From Methanocellales archaeon (lineage in GTDB: Archaea > Halobacteriota > UBA148): a stretch of 58,238 nucleotides of DNA. Below the pieces are notes generated by a model. The model was given only the letters and a program-made list of their open reading frames with translations, made no database searches and had not been told where the DNA came from. The DNA is taken from the NCBI GenBank assembly GCA_030019435.1, contig JASEEV010000005.1, positions 1 to 58,238 of the forward strand. Direction: 5' to 3'. Both the position numbers and the translations under genes were made by a program. Shown here piece after piece: positions 51,027 to 58,238 of the stretch (positions within the stretch are counted from its first letter, which is position 1; every line of letters starts with the position of its first letter).

Positions 51027-51449
51027 ATGGATGAAAAGGAAAAAATATCCCTCAAGTTACGATCGATGAAAAAGTATGTGAATTTTTTATCGTCAAAAAG
51101 AAACGTGTCAAGGGAAGAACTGGAAGGAAATTATGAGTTAAGAAGCGCTATCGAAAGGAACTTCCAGTTGGCGATAGAATCAACGCTTGATATAGGCGAG
51201 ATCATCATCTCTGTTGAGGGGTTTGAAAAGCCCGAGGATTACAAGAGCGTGATATTGATTCTTGGAAAGCACGATATTTTGCCAAAGGATTTTGCTGGAG
51301 AATTTGCATTAGCGGCTGGCTTTAGAAATGTCTTGGTTCACATGTATGAAGAAGTCGATATAAATATCCTCTATAATTACTTGCATAACAAGCTGGATGA
51401 TTTTGATAAGTTTGCGAAGTACATGGTTGAATACATCAGGTCGAAGTAA
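51027..51449 (+). CDS. HEPN-domain toxin, DUF86/HepT-like
   Basis: 140 aa with the Rx4-6H motif (FRNVLVHMYEEVD). It is paired with the upstream MNT. Confidence 0.75.
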   Translation: MDEKEKISLKLRSMKKYVNFLSSKRNVSREELEGNYELRSAIERNFQLAIESTLDIGEIIISVEGFEKPEDYKSVILILGKHDILPKDFAGEFALAAGFRNVLVHMYEEVDINILYNYLHNKLDDFDKFAKYMVEYIRSK

Positions 51450-51454
51450 ATGCA

Positions 51455-51489
51455 AATGCAATGGGCTTTGGGTGTGTGGAGGTTGTAGG
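51455..51489 (+). repeat. cas6 3'-terminal segment, copy 2 of 3
   Basis: AATGCAATGGGCTTTGGGTGTGTGGAGGTTGTAGG still encodes NAMGFGCVEVVG. Its TGA is embedded in a GTGA with the GTG start of the next gene. Confidence 0.85.
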
Positions 51490-51852
51490 GTGAGAGAAGA
51501 AGTATCAAATTGGTTGAAACGAGCTTTGAATGATCTGGATACCGCTAGATACAATTTAAACGGTAAAAGATATGATGCTGCTGCCTTTTTCGCCCAGCAA
51601 GCTGCAGAGAAAGCACTAAAAGCCCTGCAAATTAAAAGGTTAGGTAGGTTTGAGAGAACTCATGATTTGGTCCTCCTTGCTAAAAGTGTTAACAGTCCAA
51701 AAGAAATTATTCAGCTTTGTGGGATTGTAGCACCTTTTTACACTATAACGCGGTATCCTGATGTGGAGATCCCTTCTGATAAAAGCAAAATTTCTTCTGT
51801 CGTCGAGGCAAGTGAAAAGGTGGTGGCATGGGTAGAGCAAAACCTGAGATAA
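51490..51852 (+). CDS. HEPN domain protein (PF05168-like)
   Basis: GTG start 6 nt after GGAGGT. LKRALNDLDTARYNL...AAFFAQQAAEKALKAL...RTHDL, 120 aa. The ORF-track N-terminal extension (51397) runs through the repeat and the HepT 3' end. Confidence 0.7.
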   Translation: MREEVSNWLKRALNDLDTARYNLNGKRYDAAAFFAQQAAEKALKALQIKRLGRFERTHDLVLLAKSVNSPKEIIQLCGIVAPFYTITRYPDVEIPSDKSKISSVVEASEKVVAWVEQNLR

Positions 51853-52151
51853 TAGGTGTGCTGAAGAAATTTAAAGAAAGCATGCCAAAGAAATATAGGA
51901 TAGAAAAAATCATACTCTTTGGCTCGCAGGCAACGGGAAAAACAAAAGAATCTAGTGATATAGATCTTATAATAGTCAGCAGGGAAAGAAAAAAGTTGGA
52001 ACTGCTCCCAAAGCTTTATCATGAATGGCATTTGGTCCAGAAGATCGATTATCCGGTTGACTTCCTTTGCTACACGCCAGAAGAGTTTGAGAAAAAGAAA
52101 AAACAGATCACGATTGTAAGAGAAGCAGTAAAAGAAGGAATAGTGATATGA
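51828..52151 (+). CDS. minimal nucleotidyltransferase (MNT)
   Basis: IILFGSQATGKTKESSDIDLIIVS (GS...DxD), 107 aa. It overlaps the preceding HEPN gene. Confidence 0.75.
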   Translation: MGRAKPEIIGVLKKFKESMPKKYRIEKIILFGSQATGKTKESSDIDLIIVSRERKKLELLPKLYHEWHLVQKIDYPVDFLCYTPEEFEKKKKQITIVREAVKEGIVI

Positions 52152-52188
52152 AGAATGCGATGGGCTTTGGATGAGGGGAGGTTGTAGG
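52151..52188 (+). repeat. cas6 3'-terminal segment, copy 3 of 3
   Basis: AAGAATGCGATGGGCTTTGGATGAGGGGAGGTTGTAGG. The Cas6-tail frame is now broken by TGA (KNAMGFG*). It is followed by GTGAAAGTTG, as downstream of copy 1 (GTGAGTCGAAAGTTG). Confidence 0.85.
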
Positions 52189-52227
52189 GTGAAAGTTGCT
52201 ACATTATTTTACAGAGATGTGTTTTAA
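52189..52227 (+). other. 12-codon mini-ORF abutting the cas3 start (possible coupling leader)
   Basis: GTG AAA GTT GCT ACA TTA TTT TAC AGA GAT GTG TTT TAA is followed immediately by the cas3 ATG. The GTG lies 6 nt after the GGAGGT of repeat copy 3. Confidence 0.3.
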
Positions 52228-54468
52228 ATGAGTGTAGATGATGATTTCAGGTTGATAACAGGATTTAAAGAATTTTATCCTCACCAAAGAGAAACTATAG
52301 AATATCTTTCAAATGGCAAATCTGTAGTTCTTCGTGCTCCTACGGGCTCTGGAAAGTCAGAGGCGGTAGTTTTACCATTTCTAACAAATATGAACAAAAC
52401 TTTGCCCTCTCAGATGTTGTATTCTCTACCTGTTAGAACATTAGTTGACGACTTGAGCAGCAGATTTGCAAAGTATTCAAATGTTAAGTGGTTAAGTGTA
52501 GCAGGACATCATGGAAAAAGAATTGAAACCCCGTTATTTTATCCCCCAATAATTGTCACTACCATCGATCAAACTGTTGGCGCTTACGTTTGCACTCCGC
52601 TAAGCTTATCCCTTAGGCATGGAAACATTCCTGCTGGGGCTGTTAGTTCTGCTCTATTAGTGTTTGATGAAGTGCATACATTTGATCCCGAACGGGCTTT
52701 ACAATCAGCATTAATCTTGGCAAGGCATTCTAATAGACTGAACTTGCCTTTTGTTTTTATGTCAGCCACGATGCCGGACTCATTTATTAAAAAATTAGAG
52801 GGAATAATTGATTTCGAGAAAGTTGATGCAGATGAGAAGGACATCCCTATAAGAAAGAACAGAGATGTGTTGGTTTATTGGGAAGGTAGAAAATTAACGA
52901 GTAAAAACGTAATGGAGAAATACAACACATCGAAAGGTAAGACAATCGTTGTATGTAACACTGTAAGTAAAGCTCAAGAAATTTATAGGGAGTTAAAGGG
53001 AAAAGTTGATTGCGAACTCGTGTTACTTCATTCTAGATTTTTAGAGGAGGATCGGAATGAAAAAGAGGAAAAGTTAAAGGAGATATTTAAAAAGGGCTCC
53101 GAAAGAATAGGTATTCTCGTATCAACCCAAGTTATAGAGGTCGGTTTAGATATTTCTTGCGATACTATGCTTACAGAATTGAGTCCTATTGACTCTCTGA
53201 TTCAAAGAGCTGGAAGGTGCGCCAGATGGGGTGGAAAAGGACGTTTGTATGTGTATGACGTCGAAAAACCAAATCCATATAGGAAAGATCTAGTAGATGA
53301 AACAAGGAAGAAAATAAAAGAGATTGACGGGAGGAAACTTAGTTGGGAAGCTGAAAAAGCTCTTGTTAATGATATTCTAGGAGAATATGTTGGAGAATGG
53401 CTGAACATAGAAAATACGGCAAGAATATTAAACACTCTCGCTCAAGCCGCATTTGAAGGAAATAGAAAACTAACAGAAGATGCTGTAAGAGAGACCTTTT
53501 CATGTGAAATAAGCATCCATGATGATCCAAGCACTCTTGAGAATGCATATGGATTGAAAAAAATAAAAGTACACGCTGGGGTTCTAAGAAAGTTTTTCAA
53601 GGATTCGGAGCCAATAGTGTGGAAATTAGTAGATAATAATATAATCTCTGATGAATCTCCTATCATTATCCCTCGGAAAATTTCTAGTGCTGAGGAAATT
53701 TTGCCTTACGGGTTCTACATAATCCATCCAAACTACATTTCATACGATAAGCATAATGGATTATTATTTGAGCCACGAGGAGAGAGCTTTGAGTGTATGG
53801 GGAGGGGAGAGCGTAGAGCACCCGAGTATGAATACAAAAGAGAGACTTGGGTTGAACACTCTATGAGAACTCTAGAAGTTTTTGAGAGTATTTTTTTACC
53901 TCGCTATAAATTTGCTATCGATAAGTTTGCAAAAGCATGGAAAGTAGAATTTAGCGAGTTTTTAGAAGAATTAAATTTGGTGATGTTGCTCCATGACATT
54001 GGGAAGTTGAATAAGGAATGGCAAAAGAAAGTTGGATGGCAAGAAGGTGAAGAACCACTAGCGCACTCTGGAGAGGGAAGCATTGAAGGTCTTCCATCAC
54101 ATGCTCCTATATCTGCTTATGCTTTAAGTCGTATATTTTATAAATGGGGTACAGAAATTGGTCAAGCGTTTTACTTTGCCTTAGCACATCACCACAGTGT
54201 GAGAGCCTCAAAAATGTCTAAATATAGACTTATCGATAACTGGGAAAGTTATCTGAGGCAATTATCAATATCAAATGTTTATGTCGAAGGGATCCACTCA
54301 AGAGGAGAGGGGAAGTTATTTGGAAAGTTCCCAGAGCTAATTAATCATGAGAAACTTTATCACACGTATACTTTTATTTCAAGGCTATTAAGATTGTCCG
54401 ATAGAACGGCTACAGGGGGAGGTGAGGATGCAGTATTACGTTATGAAAACTGGCATGGAAATGTTTGA
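52228..54468 (+). CDS. cas3: Cas3 helicase-nuclease with the HD domain at the C-terminus (Cas3'-Cas3'' fusion order)
   Basis: Walker A APTGSGKSE, DEVH box (LVFDEVHTF), SATMP, QRAGRCAR. The C-terminal part then has HD motifs (WVEHS, LLHDIGKL, LAHHHS, LSDRTAT). Confidence 0.88.
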   Translation: MSVDDDFRLITGFKEFYPHQRETIEYLSNGKSVVLRAPTGSGKSEAVVLPFLTNMNKTLPSQMLYSLPVRTLVDDLSSRFAKYSNVKWLSVAGHHGKRIETPLFYPPIIVTTIDQTVGAYVCTPLSLSLRHGNIPAGAVSSALLVFDEVHTFDPERALQSALILARHSNRLNLPFVFMSATMPDSFIKKLEGIIDFEKVDADEKDIPIRKNRDVLVYWEGRKLTSKNVMEKYNTSKGKTIVVCNTVSKAQEIYRELKGKVDCELVLLHSRFLEEDRNEKEEKLKEIFKKGSERIGILVSTQVIEVGLDISCDTMLTELSPIDSLIQRAGRCARWGGKGRLYVYDVEKPNPYRKDLVDETRKKIKEIDGRKLSWEAEKALVNDILGEYVGEWLNIENTARILNTLAQAAFEGNRKLTEDAVRETFSCEISIHDDPSTLENAYGLKKIKVHAGVLRKFFKDSEPIVWKLVDNNIISDESPIIIPRKISSAEEILPYGFYIIHPNYISYDKHNGLLFEPRGESFECMGRGERRAPEYEYKRETWVEHSMRTLEVFESIFLPRYKFAIDKFAKAWKVEFSEFLEELNLVMLLHDIGKLNKEWQKKVGWQEGEEPLAHSGEGSIEGLPSHAPISAYALSRIFYKWGTEIGQAFYFALAHHHSVRASKMSKYRLIDNWESYLRQLSISNVYVEGIHSRGEGKLFGKFPELINHEKLYHTYTFISRLLRLSDRTATGGGEDAVLRYENWHGNV

Positions 54469-55498
54469 TGCCTGTAGAGCTTATGGTCTTGGATTAGTGC
54501 TGGATACCCTTAGGGAGGATGACGAAAAAGAGGTAATTGTAAGTAATGTTGGAATATATTACTCTGTTGAAGGGCCTGAAATTGATAAATCTGCCGTTAA
54601 TAGACTAATGCACCTCCTTGACCCAAATTTAGCGTGGAAAGAAACCTTTCTAACTATACAAAGAAGTCGAAGAGGCGACCTTAAGAAGGCGACAAAAAAT
54701 AAGATCGATAAGATAGGAGATACACTTAGGGATGACGTAGATCAGATACTTAGAAAGTATGAAAAACCAGTCCCAGTTGAATTTTCCTCATCAAAAGGGG
54801 AAACACTCTATCAATCTATGGAGCTAGCTGCGACTAAGGGCTATAGAGTTCCTATAAGATCTAAAGTGGCGTATACTGAAGGCTCATCTATTAAGGTACC
54901 AGCCGAGGATTGGGCTCTCGCAGCTTTAGGCGAGGCTCACTTCACCGTATGGAAGGGTGGAGTGGCATTAGCTACTATTATTCCTCAACCAGAGAAGGTA
55001 ATGGTTATGCATTGCCGAGACATTCGAAATAGTATTGATCAAACTAATGTAAATAGGGTTAGCACATTAACCACACTCGCTCATATGGCGGTGCTTTTAA
55101 TGAGTGAAATAAGAAATAGGAAAAGAAGTGGCGACCCTTTCATAGACAAATTTTCTTCCTTGATTTATGGTGCAATGAGACGGACAGGAGGTCAATTGAA
55201 ACCTGCTAGTGGAGGCATCTTTCCTTTAGATTTTCTTTACAATCTGATGGAGAGTGACCCAGAGATATCAGGTGAAATTTTTGAAATGTGGGATCATGTC
55301 TTTAGGATTCGAAATGCAAAGGGTCGTTCACTCGAAGATCTTTCACTTTCTCTCTCCGAATTTATTGCACATCCAATGATGGAGACGCAGGAAAACTATC
55401 TTAAAGTCCATCTAAGATACTTAATAAAGGATGATGTGAAAATTAGAGCATACACAGAAGAGTGTATAAAAGAGGTGATGAAAAATGTCAGAAGTTAA
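54428..55498 (+). CDS. cas8a: Cas8-like large subunit, small form (Cas8a2/Csa4-like by size and position)
   Basis: ~356 aa ORF overlapping the cas3 end and followed by small-subunit, cas7 and cas5 genes. I rely on context and size, not on a recognised motif. Confidence 0.5.
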   Translation: MQYYVMKTGMEMFDACRAYGLGLVLDTLREDDEKEVIVSNVGIYYSVEGPEIDKSAVNRLMHLLDPNLAWKETFLTIQRSRRGDLKKATKNKIDKIGDTLRDDVDQILRKYEKPVPVEFSSSKGETLYQSMELAATKGYRVPIRSKVAYTEGSSIKVPAEDWALAALGEAHFTVWKGGVALATIIPQPEKVMVMHCRDIRNSIDQTNVNRVSTLTTLAHMAVLLMSEIRNRKRSGDPFIDKFSSLIYGAMRRTGGQLKPASGGIFPLDFLYNLMESDPEISGEIFEMWDHVFRIRNAKGRSLEDLSLSLSEFIAHPMMETQENYLKVHLRYLIKDDVKIRAYTEECIKEVMKNVRS

Positions 55499-55841
55499 AT
55501 TAGAAGAAATTTTTAAAAATGAAGCAATTGAGGATTTCGGAGATGCCCTTAGAAAGGCTATTCGAATGGAAGATATTCAGGATTATGCATCGTTAGTAGA
55601 ACTAGAGTATGTGGAGTCAAAGGAAGGGTTTGCAGAAACCATAAAGAAGTTTTTGAGACGCTACCATACCCATGCAAAGAAGCTGCATCTTAGAATACCA
55701 AAAGAGGAAAGCCTTAATAGTATTATGGGATTGGTGGATAAATATGGTGTAAAACTTGTGAGGGCTGCTCTAATTTCGCACGCTTTAGTAAAATCTTCTA
55801 GAGAAGAAGAATCTGGAGAAAGAACTGAAGGAGGAGAGTAG
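55485..55841 (+). CDS. cas11: putative Cascade small subunit (Cas11/Csa5-like)
   Basis: 118-aa predicted helical protein between the large subunit and cas7. It overlaps cas8 by 14 nt and ends 1 nt before cas7. Confidence 0.45.
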   Translation: MSEVKLEEIFKNEAIEDFGDALRKAIRMEDIQDYASLVELEYVESKEGFAETIKKFLRRYHTHAKKLHLRIPKEESLNSIMGLVDKYGVKLVRAALISHALVKSSREEESGERTEGGE

Positions 55842-55842
55842 G

Positions 55843-56889
55843 ATGGAAAAGAAAAGTAAAGAAACAGTGTATGAGATTGCAATTTTAGGAAGGGCAACAT
55901 GGAACTTGCATTCTTTGAGCAATGAGGGGACCGTGGGGAATGTAACAGAACCAAGGACTATCATCCTTGCAGATGGAACGCAGACAGATGGTGTTTCTGG
56001 TGAAATACTAAAACATATGCATGCCGAATATATGTGGGCTCTTGAAAACAACAAAGATAACTTCTGTGAAGTATGTAAGAAGTTCCGCCCAGAAAGGGCT
56101 GATGGAAATCCTAAGGTGAGAAAAAAATCTAATGCAGAGGATGCAGTAAAAGAGGCTATTGAATGCGAACTTTGCGATGTTCATGGATTCCTTGTACAAC
56201 GGCCACCCGCTACTCGAGAGTCTACAATAGAATTCGGCTGGGCTGTCGGTATTCCATATGTTCAAAGGAGCATCCATGTGCACTCAAGACACGCATTACA
56301 TGAGGCGTATCTTGAAATTGATGAAGAAAGAGAAGAAGGTAAATGGGAAAAAGAAAAGTGTAGTGTTCGAGAGTGCAAGACAGAAGAAAGTGAAAGTAAG
56401 CTCTATAAAGTGAAGAACAGATGGTATTGTGAAACGCATCTCCCTGTTCGTACGCCTCAAATGCTCTATCATCGTCCCACACGCTCGGGAGCCTACGGAG
56501 TAGTCTCAGTGTTTCAACCGTGGAGGATAGGGTTGAATAACGTGAACTTTATATATGATATCAATGACGATGATAAAAGAAAATTTAGGTATAAGCTGGC
56601 ACTAAAAGCGTACCAGGCAATGTTCATGAGACCAGAAGGGGCGATGACAAGTACGAGATTACCGCATACTGAGAACTTTGAGGGCGTAATTGTTGTTTCA
56701 AAGACAAACTTTCCAGTACCAGTGATCAGTCCGCTTAAGGATGATTACAAAGAGCAAATAAACAGTATTAAAGCAACTATAGACAGTGGAAATAGCATCG
56801 ATATAATAAAATTCGATAGCATTTCGAACTTCGTAGAGAAGATGGACGGTTTATTAGATAAGGGCCCATATAAAGTTGAATTCGAATAG
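55843..56889 (+). CDS. cas7: Cas7 backbone protein (Csa2/DevR-Cst2 family)
   Basis: N-terminal ILGRATWNLHSLSNEGTVGNVTEPRT...DGVSGEILKHMH matches the Csa2/DevR pattern (xLxSLNxxGxxGN ... SGexlKH). Confidence 0.8.
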   Translation: MEKKSKETVYEIAILGRATWNLHSLSNEGTVGNVTEPRTIILADGTQTDGVSGEILKHMHAEYMWALENNKDNFCEVCKKFRPERADGNPKVRKKSNAEDAVKEAIECELCDVHGFLVQRPPATRESTIEFGWAVGIPYVQRSIHVHSRHALHEAYLEIDEEREEGKWEKEKCSVRECKTEESESKLYKVKNRWYCETHLPVRTPQMLYHRPTRSGAYGVVSVFQPWRIGLNNVNFIYDINDDDKRKFRYKLALKAYQAMFMRPEGAMTSTRLPHTENFEGVIVVSKTNFPVPVISPLKDDYKEQINSIKATIDSGNSIDIIKFDSISNFVEKMDGLLDKGPYKVEFE

Positions 56890-56937
56890 AAAGAGAAGAA
56901 GTAGAAAGACATCATAACTTCTTGGTAAGGTGAGCAA

Positions 56938-57618
56938 ATGGTCTGGTTTAAGGCAGAATATGAATTTGGTAGCCTATTCTCCTATAGAATGCCCGACTTC
57001 TCCTCCCAATATGCTTTATCCTTGCCTTTACCAGGTCCTTCTACAATAAAATTAGCAACAGTCGCAACTGCCATAGAAAGCACGGGAAATCTGAAATATG
57101 GGAAGGAAATTTTTGAACTTATAAAGAATGCTGAAATTAAAATAGGGATGCCAAAGAGAATTGGAATATCTAACGTATTGATTAAAAGGTTGAAGAAGAA
57201 GAAAGATAAAAAGGAATTAGAAACAACTTTTGGCATCCGTGGTTATGTGCATTTTCTCGAACCAATCGAAATTTATGTAAATGCAAAAGAGTATGCGAGG
57301 GATATTGGAAATTTATTAAGAAGGATCAGACGATTTGGTACTTCTGATTCTCTTGTCTGCTGCAAAAGTCCTATTAGCGAGGAAGAGCCACCAGAAAATT
57401 GTATCGAGGCTGTTGATCATTTTCCTGAAAAAGCTGAAAGAAACATGCTCGTAGTTCCTGTAAAAGACTTAAATCAAGATGAAAAAGTCAGGTTCGAGCA
57501 TGTAAATCCCTATGATGAAGCCCCAAGTAAAGACGTTTTCGTAAGGAAGTTCTACTTCATTCCCATTCTCAATTCACGAGAAGGGAAAAATTGGACAGTT
57601 TATGAAGTAGCTCCTTGA
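56938..57618 (+). CDS. cas5: Cas5 (Cas5a-like)
   Basis: N-terminal FSYRMPDFSSQYALSLPLPGPSTIKLATVATAI (Cas5 P-x-PS-T-hydrophobic-G/A motif), 226 aa, located after cas7. Confidence 0.7.
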   Translation: MVWFKAEYEFGSLFSYRMPDFSSQYALSLPLPGPSTIKLATVATAIESTGNLKYGKEIFELIKNAEIKIGMPKRIGISNVLIKRLKKKKDKKELETTFGIRGYVHFLEPIEIYVNAKEYARDIGNLLRRIRRFGTSDSLVCCKSPISEEEPPENCIEAVDHFPEKAERNMLVVPVKDLNQDEKVRFEHVNPYDEAPSKDVFVRKFYFIPILNSREGKNWTVYEVAP

Positions 57619-57816
57619 CTTATAAAAATAACTCGTCCCCCCTTGTCGCGAAATTCATGTATACTTACATCTTCCTCCCACCATCATGTGGAATGTTTAA
57701 AATGCTTGATGTGTATTGGATATTTCGATATTAGTGGCAAGTTGATCACGCCTGGGCTATCGTACTTTAGAGTATAAGGTAAATCCAGCAAAATTTAAAT
57801 ATATACTCACGATTAT

Positions 57817-57832
57817 TATACTCATGAGTATA
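57817..57832. promoter_or_regulatory. perfect 16-bp palindrome TATACTCATGAGTATA
   Basis: Self-complementary sequence spanning the ATG of the decayed ATPase-like ORF. Additional half-sites are TATACTCA at 57803-57810 and GAGTATAA at 57769-57776. Confidence 0.35.
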
Positions 57833-57871
57833 AAGTTTATAGATAGAGAGCAGTAACTGAGTTTTCTATAA
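57824..57871 (+). pseudogene. remnant of an archaeal ATPase-type (PF01637-like) gene start
   Basis: MSIKFIDREQ*LSFL*EAYKK resembles the M-x-F-(I/V)-(D/N)-R-E-x-E-L-x-x-L N-terminus of that family. TAA occupies two positions where Glu (GAA) is expected. Nothing recognisable follows. Confidence 0.25.
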
Positions 57872-58034
57872 GAGGCCTACAAAAAGAAGAGTTGGAGAGA
57901 AGTCAGGGTTTAAAAAATCCTGTTTGGAATACTGTAAAGAAAACAAAATTCTAACGTTCGATCTGAATCAAACGGAAGAAATATTTGCTCCCCATTAAAA
58001 AAGGGCGGTCAGATTGCAAACTACTATCAAACCC

Positions 58035-58112
58035 ATGACCATCACGGGCGTAAAAGTCGCATACTATTTCATCTGTCATACGAAGCTCTGGCTTTTCTCC
58101 CATAATTCTTGA
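58035..58112 (+). pseudogene. cas4: cas4 5' remnant (25 codons)
   Basis: [25 protein letters not shown] matches the conserved Cas4 N-terminus (ItG..i.yy..C.rklWl). No continuation exists in any frame. Confidence 0.55.
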
Positions 58113-58131
58113 ATAACTTTTTTATCCTATT

Positions 58132-58148
58132 GGATACAATATGTATCC
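58132..58148. promoter_or_regulatory. perfect palindrome GGATACA-ATA-TGTATCC upstream of the HTH gene
   Basis: 7-bp arms with a 3-bp spacer, ending 3 nt before the ATG at 58151. Candidate autoregulatory operator. Confidence 0.35.
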
Positions 58149-58150
58149 AT

Positions 58151-58238
58151 ATGCTCGAAGCGATTATGGGCTCAAAAACAAGGGTGAAGTTACTCACGCT
58201 GTTCCTGCTGAACCCTGAGAGGAAGTTTTACGTTCGTG
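58151..58238 (+). CDS. winged-helix (ArsR-like) transcriptional regulator, 5' partial at window edge
   Basis: MLEAIMGSKTRVKLLTLFLLNPERKFYVR is the common N-terminus of small archaeal wHTH regulators. The ORF is truncated by the window end. Confidence 0.5.
   Translation, partial: MLEAIMGSKTRVKLLTLFLLNPERKFYVR

Overview
This is an archaeal chromosomal window. Supporting markers are a thermosome, TiaS, ribosomal protein eS17, F420 genes cofC/G/H, siroheme-dependent Ahb heme synthesis, and variant System I cytochrome c maturation with a CxxxY CcmE. About 49 kb is densely packed housekeeping DNA. In order it contains: asd-dapB-dapA, eS17 and a broken thiDN; a glycosyltransferase / glycerate kinase / HAD cluster; ilvE; cofC/cofG/cofH; purL; split ccmF plus ccmE; a DUF364 / methyltransferase / UbiA / chorismate-lyase-like group; two secreted coiled-coil paralogs plus a membrane-anchored wHTH protein; and a B12-radical SAM gene. 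It then contains an 11.4-kb translationally coupled heme operon (ahbD-ahbA-ahbB-sirC-ABC2 exporter-hemA-hemB-hemL-hemC-cobA-hemD-ahbC), a regulator-thermosome-hsp20-grpE-dnaK-dnaJ block, and tiaS and pdxS/pdxT. The last ~9 kb (49.1-58.2 kb) looks more AT-rich on a few spot-counted lines. It carries a type I-A-like cas operon (cas6, cas3 with a C-terminal HD domain, cas8a2-like, small subunit, cas7, cas5) with no cas1/cas2 and no CRISPR array in the window. Three structures deserve most attention. (1) Two orphan 30-nt CRISPR-repeat-like sequences ending in ATTGAAAT sit in direct orientation. They bracket a 1.8-kb segment (DUF5752 gene plus an IS) between the heme operon and dnaJ, about 10 kb from the array-less cas operon. 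(2) The last ~36-38 nt of cas6 is present three times. Each copy bounds one of two different HEPN/MNT toxin-antitoxin cassettes inserted between cas6 and cas3, and the copies supply a Shine-Dalgarno sequence and a GTGA stop/start junction to the downstream gene. (3) Downstream of cas5 there is a decay zone containing a 25-codon cas4 remnant. At least seven frameshifts, most at short homopolymer runs, split otherwise recognisable genes. This may reflect assembly indel errors rather than biology.
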